Below, piece by piece: positions 8,727-18,052 of a DNA stretch of 64,000 bases. A program made the position numbers and the translations under genes. Origin of the DNA: an uncultured bacterium (GTDB lineage Bacteria > Acidobacteriota > Aminicenantia > Aminicenantales > Aminicenantaceae). The stretch is from assembly GCA_965533275.1 (NCBI GenBank), contig CBESWG010000009.1, forward strand, positions 6,300 to 70,299, written 5' to 3'. Under the pieces are notes generated by a model, which worked only from the letters and a program-made list of their open reading frames with translations, did no database searches and had not been told where the DNA came from. Position 1 is the stretch's first letter, and every line of letters begins with the position of its first letter.

Positions 8727-9245
8727 TCAAGTGAACAGTCGGGAGCGCATATCCTCCTCCAGATCGGCTTCTCCGAAATGGAAGAGATGGGTTCGTGCCT
8801 TCACTGCCTTCTGAAAGCGGTCGATCAGCTCCTGCCGGACCACGAGGAGGATCGGCAGGCGCTTCTCCCGAACGACCTGAAATCCCTTCCAGAAACCCTG
8901 CCCGGCCAGCTCCAGGGGGCCGAACTCATCGATCACGGTGAGGATGGAGCGGCTGGTGTCGGTGATCGCTGATTCCGCGCGCTGCAGCCCTGCCGGGATC
9001 ATGCCGAATGGGCCGGCCCGAAGCCAGGATGGATCCGGATCGGTGCGGAGGAGCGGGTAGCAGTCTTCGCTGGCCAGGTCGAAGGCATCGTAGCCCACCC
9101 GGATCGAATCCGTATAGACAGCCAGGCTGAGGATGCCGTTCACCCTGACTCCCTCGTCCCGGAATCCTTGAAAGAGGCGCCGAAGGAACGTGGTTTTCCC
9201 AGCATGGACCGGGCCCGTAAGTACGAAAATCCGATCTTTGGTCAT
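8727..9245 (-). CDS. P-loop NTPase (THEP1/DUF2478-like)
   Basis: 172 aa with Walker A GPVHAGKTT and Walker B-like VIDEFG. It lies immediately upstream of, and co-oriented with, the TonB receptor. Confidence 0.6.
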   Translation of the reverse strand: MTKDRIFVLTGPVHAGKTTFLRRLFQGFRDEGVRVNGILSLAVYTDSIRVGYDAFDLASEDCYPLLRTDPDPSWLRAGPFGMIPAGLQRAESAITDTSRSILTVIDEFGPLELAGQGFWKGFQVVREKRLPILLVVRQELIDRFQKAVKARTHLFHFGEADLEEDMRSRLFT

Positions 9246-9338
9246 ATTGATGTGAAATGTCCGTTGATTCTGGAAATCAATCTGGCTATTATATAGCTGT
9301 TAATACTACTTCTCGCCTATATGATAAGGAGTCTCGAC

Positions 9339-11495
9339 ATGGATGTACAGGAATTGAAGGCCAAACACACACTTTTGCATGAGTATGCATACACTCGAGG
9401 TGATGTCGACAGGGGCTACAACAACCGGACCCTGTATGTGAACCTGAGTGAAAATTCGGTGGCCGAGAAACCGGTCAGCGCGGAGATGAAGGAGAAGTTC
9501 ATCGGGGGAAAGGGATTCGGCCTGAGGCTCCTGTGGGACGGCACAAAACCGGAAACGAAGTGGGACGACCCCGAGAACGAGATCGTGATCTCTCCCGGCC
9601 CCGTGGCCGGCATCACTCAGTACTCCGGATGCGGCAAGTCCCTGGTGGTCTCGATCTCTCCCTTGACCGATCTGGTCATCGACTGCAACGTGGGAGGTTA
9701 CTTCGGGCCCTTCCTCAAGTTCTCCGGATTCGACGCCCTGGAGATCCAGGGAAAGGCGCAGAGGGACGTCATCCTCGTCATCGATGGCGTCAAGGGTGCG
9801 GTCCGCATCGAAGAGGCGCCGGAAGAGGCCAAGGATTCCCACATCCTGGCCGAGCAGCTGACCGAGATGTATGCCGATGATGAAAGCGATAAGCGCAATG
9901 TTTCTGTTGTCTCTGCTGGCAGCGCGGCTGATTTCACGCACATCGGGTTGCTGAACTTCAGCTGGTATGATGGAAAGAGGAATAAGGTGCGCATCAAGCA
10001 GGCAGGGCGGGGGGGCATCGGGACCGTGTTCCGTGACAAGAAGATCAAGGCCGTGGTAGCGAAGATAGAGAAGATGGGACCCAATCTCAACAATGTGGTC
10101 GACCTCCCTGCTATCCAGGAAAGGGGGCGGCGTTTTGCACGGGAGATGAAGGAACTCGATCACCTCCAGGCTCACATGAAGGAGACCGGGACCGCCCACC
10201 TCATGGAGATCATGAATGATTATGATCTCCTTCCCGTGCACAATTTCCAGTACGGGGCCCATGATGATGCCGTCAATATCGATTCCCATCACCTGAAAGA
10301 GCGCTTCACCCAGAATATGCCCGATGGCTGCTGGCTGGGCTGCATGATGTCCTGCTGCAAGATAGCCGAGGATTTTAAGCCACGCTCCGGCCCCTATGCA
10401 GGGCAGGTAGTGGACGTAGAGGGCCCCGAGTACGAGACCGCCGCCGGCGTGGGCGCCAACTGCGGCATATTTGATGTGGATGCGATACTGGAGCTCAACT
10501 TCTACTGCGACACCTACGGGATCGATACGATCTCCTTTGGCACCGGAGTGGCGTTTGCCATGGAGTGCTACGAGAACGGGATCATCAACGACGAGATCAC
10601 GGGAGGCATCGCGCTGAATTTCGGCAATGCCGATGCGGCCCTGGAGCTCATCCACCAGATGGCCCGCGGCGAGGGCTTTGGAATGACCGTGGGGAAGGGC
10701 GTGCGCGAGATGAAACGGATCTTCGCGCTCAAATACGACGCCAATGCGCAGTTCCTCCAGGATATCGGCATGGAGAACAAGGGACTGGAATACTCGCAGT
10801 ACGTTTCCAAGGAATCCCTTGCCCAACAGGGTGGATATGCCATGACCAACAAGGGGCCCCAGCACGATGAGGCCTGGCTGATCTTCATGGATATGGTCAA
10901 CAAGCAGATCCCCACTTTCGAGGACAAGGCTGAAGCCCTCCATTACTTTCCCATGTTCCGCACCTGGTTCGGACTGATGGGCCTCTGCAAGCTGCCCTGG
11001 AACGATGTGGAGCCAGAAGACAATGCGGAACACGAGGAACCGGCCAAGGTGCCCGAACATGTGGACAACTACGTAACGGTTTACAACTCGGTGACCGGCA
11101 GCTCCATCGACAAGGTGGAGCTTGTCCGGCAGTCGGAGCGGGTCTACAACTTCCAGAGGGTCTTCAACCTGCGCCGGGGCTACGGCCGCAGGGAGCACGA
11201 TGCCCAGCCCTACCGGGCGGCCGGCCCCGTGACCGCGGCGGAATACGAGTCCCGGCAGGAGCGGTATGACCAGCAGATGAAGGAGATCATAGGGGTGGAT
11301 CCGGAGGGCAAGACCACGGAGGAAAAACTGGCCATCACTCGCGAATACCGTGAGGGTTTGTATGAAAAACTGTTGGACGCAGTCTACAAACGGCGCGGAT
11401 GGACCCGCAACGGGGTGCCCACGGTCCAGCATCTGCAGGACATCGGCATGGACCTGCCAGAGCTCATCGAAACGGTGACCCCTTTTCTCAAGTAG
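9339..11495 (+). CDS. aor: aldehyde:ferredoxin oxidoreductase family (tungsten/molybdopterin enzyme, AOR)
   Basis: 718 aa with AOR N- and C-domain motifs and the family-typical length. Start chosen at the ATG at 9339 because AAGGAG lies 7 nt upstream; an alternative ATG is at 9321. Confidence 0.9.
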   Translation: MDVQELKAKHTLLHEYAYTRGDVDRGYNNRTLYVNLSENSVAEKPVSAEMKEKFIGGKGFGLRLLWDGTKPETKWDDPENEIVISPGPVAGITQYSGCGKSLVVSISPLTDLVIDCNVGGYFGPFLKFSGFDALEIQGKAQRDVILVIDGVKGAVRIEEAPEEAKDSHILAEQLTEMYADDESDKRNVSVVSAGSAADFTHIGLLNFSWYDGKRNKVRIKQAGRGGIGTVFRDKKIKAVVAKIEKMGPNLNNVVDLPAIQERGRRFAREMKELDHLQAHMKETGTAHLMEIMNDYDLLPVHNFQYGAHDDAVNIDSHHLKERFTQNMPDGCWLGCMMSCCKIAEDFKPRSGPYAGQVVDVEGPEYETAAGVGANCGIFDVDAILELNFYCDTYGIDTISFGTGVAFAMECYENGIINDEITGGIALNFGNADAALELIHQMARGEGFGMTVGKGVREMKRIFALKYDANAQFLQDIGMENKGLEYSQYVSKESLAQQGGYAMTNKGPQHDEAWLIFMDMVNKQIPTFEDKAEALHYFPMFRTWFGLMGLCKLPWNDVEPEDNAEHEEPAKVPEHVDNYVTVYNSVTGSSIDKVELVRQSERVYNFQRVFNLRRGYGRREHDAQPYRAAGPVTAAEYESRQERYDQQMKEIIGVDPEGKTTEEKLAITREYREGLYEKLLDAVYKRRGWTRNGVPTVQHLQDIGMDLPELIETVTPFLK

Positions 11496-11541
11496 GGATT
11501 CCAGTCAGGCACCACGGGAGCAGAGAGGAGAGGGGGTAGCG

Positions 11542-11763
11542 GTGGCCTCATCAACCAAAAACATCACCATCTCGGTCAACGGACATACTATCGCTTGGGA
11601 GGAAGGCATGACCGTGAGGCGTGTGCTGGAGGTCATGAACTACACTTTCCGCATGCTGGTGGTCAAGGTCGAAGACCGTGTCATCAAGAAAGATGAGTAT
11701 GACTCCTATTCCATCCCGGCGGGAGCGGACGTCAAGGTCATCCACATGGTTGCAGGCGGATGA
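11542..11763 (+). CDS. MoaD/ThiS-family sulfur-carrier-like protein (C-terminal GG)
   Basis: 73 aa with a GTG start, ending in ..VAGG. A beta-grasp-sized protein directly downstream of AOR, an arrangement common in AOR loci. Confidence 0.65.
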   Translation: MASSTKNITISVNGHTIAWEEGMTVRRVLEVMNYTFRMLVVKVEDRVIKKDEYDSYSIPAGADVKVIHMVAGG

Positions 11764-11814
11764 GATAGAGAATAGACAAACGAACAAATAAATGATGAAA
11801 GGAAGGAGAGCATC

Positions 11815-12096
11815 ATGTTCCGTGTGAATGAATATTTTGAAGGCAGGGTTAAATCCCTCGCATTCGAGACCGGGGAAGGGCCTGCCACGATCGGTGTCAT
11901 GGCCGTCGGGGACTACGAATTCGGCACCTCTACGGTAGAGATCATGCAGGTCGTGAGCGGTTCCATGGAAGTCAAGCTGCCTGGCATTGAGGAATGGCAG
12001 ACATTCCGGGCCGGAGATCGCTTCCAGGTCGAAGCGGATCAGAAATTCCAGCTTCGGATCGCTTCTGAAACCGCCTATCTCTGTCTGTACAAGTAG
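11815..12096 (+). CDS. ppnP: pyrimidine/purine nucleoside phosphorylase PpnP (UPF0345/DUF1255, YaiE-like)
   Basis: 93 aa starting [17 protein letters not shown].. The length and N-terminal motif resemble E. coli YaiE. Confidence 0.75.
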   Translation: MFRVNEYFEGRVKSLAFETGEGPATIGVMAVGDYEFGTSTVEIMQVVSGSMEVKLPGIEEWQTFRAGDRFQVEADQKFQLRIASETAYLCLYK

Positions 12097-12145
12097 GGGA
12101 ACACTCAGCCAGAAAAATCCTTCCCGGCCCCGTTTTTCCCCACCT

Positions 12146-13735
12146 CTATGAGGCTCCGGTGTCAGCCTGGGTCCAGGCTCCGTCGATGAATCGCCACATC
12201 TTCCCGGTCGGATTCCTGTCTCCCAGCTCGGGCGGGAGGCGGTGTCCTCTGACATTGTCATAGCACTGCAGGGCGGAAAAACGCAGCAGCGAGCGCGGGA
12301 TCCCCACCGCTGTATATCCCGGATGCCCTGAGGCAGGGAACGGACCTCCGTGGTGCATGGCCGGGCTGACCGCCACTCCAGTGGGCATCTTATCGTTCAA
12401 CAGGCGGCCCACCCGGGCCCTCAATAGGGGCTCGATCCGGGTGTAGGCTGCCTCATCCCCATCCTTACCGTGGCTGTAGATGGAGCCGGTCAGATTCCCT
12501 TCCAGGCTGCTGATCACGGCCTCCATCTGTTCCAGGCTGCGAGACATGACAGCCAAAGTGGAGGGGCCGAACGCCTCAACCTGGGCAGCCTGGGGATTTT
12601 CGAGGAACCGGTCTCCAGAGATCTTCAGGAGGGTATTCACGGCCGAAAATCCAGGCTGCTCCGCCCGCGTCTTCTGAGTCAATCTCTCGGCCCCCCGGAT
12701 TTCGAGATCGGCCAAGGCATGGGACCATCCCTGCTGAACGCGTCGGCTCAGCAGGAGGCTGTCCGGGGTCTCGTCCAAGATCCGGCCCAGTTTCTCGAGG
12801 AAACGCTCTCCGCCTGCATCCTGCTGGAGGATCACCAAGCCCGGATTGGTGCAAAACTGACCTGCCCCGAGCGTACAGGAAGTGCCGAGCTCTGTGGCGA
12901 TCTCCTGGCCTCGCTCCTGCAGCGCTCCCGGGAGCAGGATCACGGGATTGATCCCTGACATCTCGAGATAGATCGGTTTACCCGCGGCATCCGCAGCCTG
13001 TTTGAGCCGCAGCCCTGCTCTGCGGCTCCCGGTGAAAGCGGTGGCGGCGATATCGGCGTGCGAGACCATTCGGAGCCCGTCTTCGGGGCGCATGTCGTAC
13101 AGGAGCTGTACCAGAGAAGGGGGCAGGCCGCTGTCCTGCAGGGCCCGGTGAGCAAGTTCAGCGAGGATTCGGGAAGTGGTCGGGTGGCCGGGATGAGACT
13201 TGGCGATCACCGGCAGGCCTGCTGCCACGGCTGCAGCAAAATCTCCTCCGGAGACGGGATTGAAGGCCAGGGGAAAATTGTTGGGTCCGATGATCGCTAC
13301 CGGCCCTTCCAAGGGAGCGTATCTGGACCTGATGTTGCGGATCGTGTCGATGACCGCCAGGCACCAGGATCTGTCACGGGCTGCCGCTGCGGCCTGCTTG
13401 AGCTGGTCACAGGTTCTAGGGATTTCGATGCTGATGAAGCGTGGTTCCTGCGGGAGACCGGTCTCCCCGGAGGCCACAGCAGACAGTTCACTGCTGTTCT
13501 TCTCGATCGCTCCGGCAAACATCTCCAGGAAGCCGGCGAGTTCCTCCGGTGAATTATCCCGCAGCGCCAGGGCTGCCCTTTTCCCCGCAGCCAAGGCGGC
13601 CGCAATGTCTCCCCAATCTGAGATCGGGTACTCCGCACCGCAGGCTTGGCCGGTTGTCGGATCCTCGGCCCGGAAGACCCCGACAGGAGCACCTGCCGGC
13701 CGCCAGTGTCCATCGATCAAGACCGGTTGCAGCAT
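12146..13735 (-). CDS. NAD(P)-dependent aldehyde dehydrogenase (2,5-dioxovalerate/KGSADH-like clade)
   Basis: Start trimmed to MLQPVLIDGHW. ALDH catalytic Cys motif GQFCTNPG; Glu motif LEMSG. Confidence 0.85.
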   Translation of the reverse strand: MLQPVLIDGHWRPAGAPVGVFRAEDPTTGQACGAEYPISDWGDIAAALAAGKRAALALRDNSPEELAGFLEMFAGAIEKNSSELSAVASGETGLPQEPRFISIEIPRTCDQLKQAAAAARDRSWCLAVIDTIRNIRSRYAPLEGPVAIIGPNNFPLAFNPVSGGDFAAAVAAGLPVIAKSHPGHPTTSRILAELAHRALQDSGLPPSLVQLLYDMRPEDGLRMVSHADIAATAFTGSRRAGLRLKQAADAAGKPIYLEMSGINPVILLPGALQERGQEIATELGTSCTLGAGQFCTNPGLVILQQDAGGERFLEKLGRILDETPDSLLLSRRVQQGWSHALADLEIRGAERLTQKTRAEQPGFSAVNTLLKISGDRFLENPQAAQVEAFGPSTLAVMSRSLEQMEAVISSLEGNLTGSIYSHGKDGDEAAYTRIEPLLRARVGRLLNDKMPTGVAVSPAMHHGGPFPASGHPGYTAVGIPRSLLRFSALQCYDNVRGHRLPPELGDRNPTGKMWRFIDGAWTQADTGAS

Positions 13736-13873
13736 TCGGGACCTCCTGAAATATTTTACAGTATCCAGTATATTCAGGATCGAATGCAAGCCAAGCTTCG
13801 CAAGCTGTCTTTGAGAGGGAACCTTTGTCATCCTTGGCGCGTAGAACTATAATAGGGGGAAACGGAGAGAGAC

Positions 13874-14128
13874 ATGACAAAACAGATATACAGGCTTCAG
13901 AGCAGCAAGATGGTCGGCGGTGTGTGTGCTGGCCTGGCGGATTATCTGGATATCGATTCGACCCTGATCAGGCTCCTGTTCGTGGCGGTGGGGCTGCTGA
14001 CGGCGCTGTTCCCCATGTTCCTGTTCTACATCATTGCCTGGGCCATAATGCCCGTCAAGGATGAGGTCGAGGAAATCCGAAAAACCGAGAAAACGGACAA
14101 GGAACACTCGAATAAAACGAAAGCCTAG
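13874..14128 (+). CDS. PspC-domain membrane protein
   Basis: 84 aa. The stretch LQSSKMVGGVCAGLADYLDIDSTLIRLLFV is the PspC N-terminal domain followed by a TM helix. Confidence 0.7.
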   Translation: MTKQIYRLQSSKMVGGVCAGLADYLDIDSTLIRLLFVAVGLLTALFPMFLFYIIAWAIMPVKDEVEEIRKTEKTDKEHSNKTKA

Positions 14129-14188
14129 GTGACACGGCCGGGACGTTGACTTCTCTCCCTGATTCCGCTATTGTAATCCGGAAGCAAA

Positions 14189-14860
14189 ATGCCGGATTCC
14201 GAGATCCTGACTTTTAACCATATTGCCGTGGAAGGCGTGTTCAAGTCGGGCAAGACCAGGCTCACCGAGATCCTCGCAAGGAAGCTGTCCGGCCGTGCCG
14301 TGTATGACCGTACGGACAATCCCTATCTCAAGGAATTCTACGAAGAGAAAGAGGGTTCGGCCTTTCTGTCGCAGCTGGTTTTTCTAGTCAACCGTTATCA
14401 TCAACAGGCCGGGCTTCTCCAGCGGAGCCTGTTTCATGAACGGATCGTCTGCGACTATCTATTCGAAAAAGATAAGATCTATGCCTATCAAACCCTGGCA
14501 GACGAAGAACTGATCGTTTACGAAAAGATACACGGCATCTTCACGGAAAAGATCTCCCGCCCCGACCTGACCATCTACCTGCAGATCACTCTTCCCACCC
14601 TCCTGAGCAGGATCGATCGGGATGGGTCGGGCCTGGACAGAAACATATCCGAAAAATATCTGGAGGATATTGTCGAGGCATTTGATTATTTTTTCTTTAA
14701 CTACAAGGCGACCCCACTTCTGGTGGTCAAGGCCGATGAGCTGAATTTTAACCAGGAAGAGGACATCATGGACTTGATCGATAAAATCCAGCACATGAAA
14801 AAGAGCACCCTGTTCTATGTGCCGCTGAGCCGGTCGGGCAGGGGATTGAAAAAAACTTAA
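14189..14860 (+). CDS. deoxynucleoside kinase family protein
   Basis: 223 aa with a P-loop VEGVFKSGKT and HERIVCDY (ERS-like motif). Length is typical of the dNK/dGK family. Confidence 0.6.
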   Translation: MPDSEILTFNHIAVEGVFKSGKTRLTEILARKLSGRAVYDRTDNPYLKEFYEEKEGSAFLSQLVFLVNRYHQQAGLLQRSLFHERIVCDYLFEKDKIYAYQTLADEELIVYEKIHGIFTEKISRPDLTIYLQITLPTLLSRIDRDGSGLDRNISEKYLEDIVEAFDYFFFNYKATPLLVVKADELNFNQEEDIMDLIDKIQHMKKSTLFYVPLSRSGRGLKKT

Positions 14861-14914
14861 GACTTTACCTCAATCCCGATGGATCAAGAGGCGGGATGGG
14901 GAGAAAGGACAGTC

Positions 14915-15778
14915 ATGCCGAACGAAAACACAACACTCCCGGAGATTACCATCCCGCTGCTCGCGGATAAGAAGCAGAGCGGTAAAAAGATCACGGCCCT
15001 GACAGCCTATGATTATCCCACGGCCAAGATCGTCGACCTTGCGGGCATCGACCTCATCTTGGTGGGTGATTCCCTGGGGATGGTCGTGCTGGGCTATCCC
15101 AACACCATTCCCGTGACCATGGATGAGATGATCCACCACACGCGTGCTGTGACCAGAGGGGTAAAAAGGGCCCTGGTGGTCGGTGATATGCCCTATTTTT
15201 CCTTCCACCTGTCCGAAGAGGAGGCGGTGCGCAACGCCTCCCGCTTTCTCAAGGAAGCCGGCGCCAAAGCCGTGAAGATCGAGGGTGCGACACGAAAGCG
15301 GCTGAAGCTCATCAGAACGCTCGTCGAGGCCGAGATCCCGGTCATGGGGCACGTGGGGCTCACGCCCCAGTCGCTCTATCACTTGGGCCGGTTCAAGGTC
15401 CAGGGAAAGGAGAACCGGGAAGCACAGAAGATCGTCAGGGACGCCGAAAACCTGCAGAAAGCCGGGGTTTTCGCGGTGGTGCTCGAATGCATCCCCCTTG
15501 AGCTGGCACGCGTGATCACGGAGCAGCTCGAGATCCCGACCATCGGGATCGGTGCCGGGCCCCACTGCGATGGCCAGATCCTGGTGTTCCATGACCTGGC
15601 CGGGTACTCGAATGGGTATCTGCCCAAGTTCGTCAAGCGTTATGCCCAGCTCCACGACCAGATGAGGGAAGCGGTCCGGGAGTACATCCAAGACGTCTCC
15701 ACCGGTGATTTTCCCGACGAGGCCCACTCTTACCACCTGGGTGGGGGAGTGGACCTCGACGAGATCAAAAACGGGTGA
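14915..15778 (+). CDS. panB: 3-methyl-2-oxobutanoate hydroxymethyltransferase
   Basis: Contains LTAYDYPTAKIVDLAGIDLILVGDSLGMVVLGY. Start chosen at the ATG at 14915 with GGGAGAAAGGA upstream. Confidence 0.9.
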   Translation: MPNENTTLPEITIPLLADKKQSGKKITALTAYDYPTAKIVDLAGIDLILVGDSLGMVVLGYPNTIPVTMDEMIHHTRAVTRGVKRALVVGDMPYFSFHLSEEEAVRNASRFLKEAGAKAVKIEGATRKRLKLIRTLVEAEIPVMGHVGLTPQSLYHLGRFKVQGKENREAQKIVRDAENLQKAGVFAVVLECIPLELARVITEQLEIPTIGIGAGPHCDGQILVFHDLAGYSNGYLPKFVKRYAQLHDQMREAVREYIQDVSTGDFPDEAHSYHLGGGVDLDEIKNG

Positions 15779-16623
15779 GCAGCATAAGGATTCTCGCATC
15801 GATCCCGGAGATGAAAGCCTGTAGGAGCGAGGCCGGTGCCAGGGGGAAAAGCGTGGGATTCGTGCCCACCATGGGCTTCCTGCACGAAGGCCACCTCAGC
15901 CTGGTACGGGCCTCGATCCGGGACGCCGATTTCACGGTCGTCAGCATATTCGTCAACCCGGCACAGTTCGCCCCTCACGAAGACTTCGAGGACTACCCTC
16001 GCGACATGGAGCGTGATCTCGATCTCCTCCGCGCAGAAGGGGTGGATGCCGTTTTTGCGCCCTTGAGGGATTCCCTCTATCCGGAGGATTATTTTACCTA
16101 TGTGGAGGCCCAGGGCCTGCAGGAAAGGCTGTGCGGCCAGAGCCGGCCCCATTTTTTCAGGGGGGTCTGCACGATCGTACTCAAACTGTTCCACATCGTG
16201 GAACCGGACATGGCCTTTTTCGGGCAGAAGGATGCCCAGCAGTCCATCATCATCCGCAGGATGGTGAAAGACCTCAACCTGGATGTGCGGATCGTGGTGT
16301 GTCCTATCGTACGCGATCCGGATGGTCTGGCTCTGAGCTCCCGGAACGCGTATTTGGATGCCGCCCAGAGGAAGGCCGGACTCTGCCTGTCACGAAGCCT
16401 CGACCTGGCCCGTGCCATGATCTCAAACGGGGAACGGGATGCGGGCCGGCTCATCAGCATTGTCCGGCAAAACATCGAGGCAGAACCGCAGGCAAAGATC
16501 GACTATGTGGAAATCGTCGATACAGAGGAACTTCTCCCTGTAAAGATCGTGCAGGAAGGGTACCTCATCGCCCTTGCGGCCTATATTGGTGGTGTCCGGT
16601 TGATCGACAACCTTATCGTTTAA
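15775..16623 (+). CDS. panC: pantoate--beta-alanine ligase
   Basis: 282 aa with the PTMGFLHEGHLSLV HIGH-like motif. Overlaps panB by 4 nt. Confidence 0.9.
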   Translation: MSSIRILASIPEMKACRSEAGARGKSVGFVPTMGFLHEGHLSLVRASIRDADFTVVSIFVNPAQFAPHEDFEDYPRDMERDLDLLRAEGVDAVFAPLRDSLYPEDYFTYVEAQGLQERLCGQSRPHFFRGVCTIVLKLFHIVEPDMAFFGQKDAQQSIIIRRMVKDLNLDVRIVVCPIVRDPDGLALSSRNAYLDAAQRKAGLCLSRSLDLARAMISNGERDAGRLISIVRQNIEAEPQAKIDYVEIVDTEELLPVKIVQEGYLIALAAYIGGVRLIDNLIV

Positions 16624-16681
16624 ACCTTACCACAGCACAGCTTGCTAAGTTGCCTATGACAGGATTACACTAATTTTTCAG

Positions 16682-18031
16682 ATGGAACACATCTTCGGCT
16701 TCCAGTGGCCTCAACATTTCAGCATTTTGGTATATTCCGGTTTGCTGTTTTTGTTGAGCCAGACAGCGGGAAGGATAGCGGTTTGGCTGGGAGCTCCCCG
16801 GCTCATCGGCTATTTGTTATCCGGTATTCTGTTTGGGCCATCTGTCCTTAGGTTGTTTTCTGAAACCCTGATCCACGGTCAACTGGGCATTATCAAGGAT
16901 ATTGCCCTAGCCATTATCGCCTTCTCCATCGGCGGTGCACTGCAGCTGGAACCGTTGAGAGGTATGAAAAAGAGCGTGGTTTGGATCACCATCCTGCAAG
17001 CGTCTGGGGCCTTTGTCGTTGTATTTGTCCTCGTCATTTTCTTCCTGCCCATGCTGATCCCTTTATCTGAAGCGACGGGATTCCAACAAACATATTTGCC
17101 CGCTGCTCTGGTGTTGGGTGCCGTCTCGGTTGCGACTGCTCCTGCCGCCATATTGAGTCTGGTCCATGAATTGAAGGCCAAGGGGCCGTTTACCACAACC
17201 TTATTGGGGGTGGTGGCTCTGGATGATGCCGTTGCGATTCTGGTTTACGGCTATGTGATCGTTTGGGCAAAGGCCCTGATGGGGGGCGTGTCATCGGGGT
17301 GGTTCATCACATTCGCCGCTCCGCTTATTTCCATAGCCTTCTCTGTCGTGATCGGGCTGGTTGTGGGATTCGTGCTCATCAGAATCATAAAATACACCGG
17401 TCCCAGGGACGTCCTGCTGGGATTCGTTCTGGGCTCGATCCTCCTGGCCTGCGGGCTGGCTTTAAGTTTTGGTGTATCGTCACTTCTGGCTGCCATGGTT
17501 CTTGGCTTCATGATCGGAAACTTTGCAGAGCACGAGCGTGCCGGCGAAGCGCTGGATGTGGTGGAAAAAATTGAGGAACCGATCTTTGGAATATTCTTCC
17601 TCCTAGCCGGAACGCATCTGAATCTGGACGTAGGATTCCTGGCTTTGGGAGTCGCTCTGGTCGTTCTGGTAGGCCGGTTTGTGGGGAAGTATTTCGGAAG
17701 TCAATTCGGGGCGAGATTAGGCAAGGCATCTCCTGAAATAAAGAAGTACTTGGGATTCGCTCTGTTACCCTCGGCCGGCGTGGCCATAGGATTGGTGCTG
17801 GACGCGAGAGATTTTATCGATACCGTCTCTCCGAAATTGAGTGCGGTGATCGTGGGTGCGGTGCTTGGAAAGACCCTGATCAATGAAATTATTACCCCTT
17901 TCCTCGTCCGTTTCGCGCTGATCAAGGCCGGAGAAACAGATATCGGCAAAGCTCGTTTCCACACTCCCATAACTCTGCATGGGCGAATGGGGAATATTCT
18001 CGGCCATCGAAAAAAGAAGCCCGAGAATTGA
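16682..18031 (+). CDS. cation:proton antiporter (CPA family Na+/H+ exchanger)
   Basis: 449 aa with about 12 TM segments and sodium/hydrogen exchanger family signatures. Confidence 0.8.
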   Translation: MEHIFGFQWPQHFSILVYSGLLFLLSQTAGRIAVWLGAPRLIGYLLSGILFGPSVLRLFSETLIHGQLGIIKDIALAIIAFSIGGALQLEPLRGMKKSVVWITILQASGAFVVVFVLVIFFLPMLIPLSEATGFQQTYLPAALVLGAVSVATAPAAILSLVHELKAKGPFTTTLLGVVALDDAVAILVYGYVIVWAKALMGGVSSGWFITFAAPLISIAFSVVIGLVVGFVLIRIIKYTGPRDVLLGFVLGSILLACGLALSFGVSSLLAAMVLGFMIGNFAEHERAGEALDVVEKIEEPIFGIFFLLAGTHLNLDVGFLALGVALVVLVGRFVGKYFGSQFGARLGKASPEIKKYLGFALLPSAGVAIGLVLDARDFIDTVSPKLSAVIVGAVLGKTLINEIITPFLVRFALIKAGETDIGKARFHTPITLHGRMGNILGHRKKKPEN

Positions 18032-18052
18032 ACGAATCCCTCCTTGGAACGG

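Noticed and set aside
9306-11432. 708-aa ORF on the minus strand across the whole AOR gene
   Set aside because: It is antisense to a very well-supported AOR gene. The translation is low-complexity (G/L/V/H/P-rich) with no motifs. This is a typical shadow ORF for high-GC DNA.
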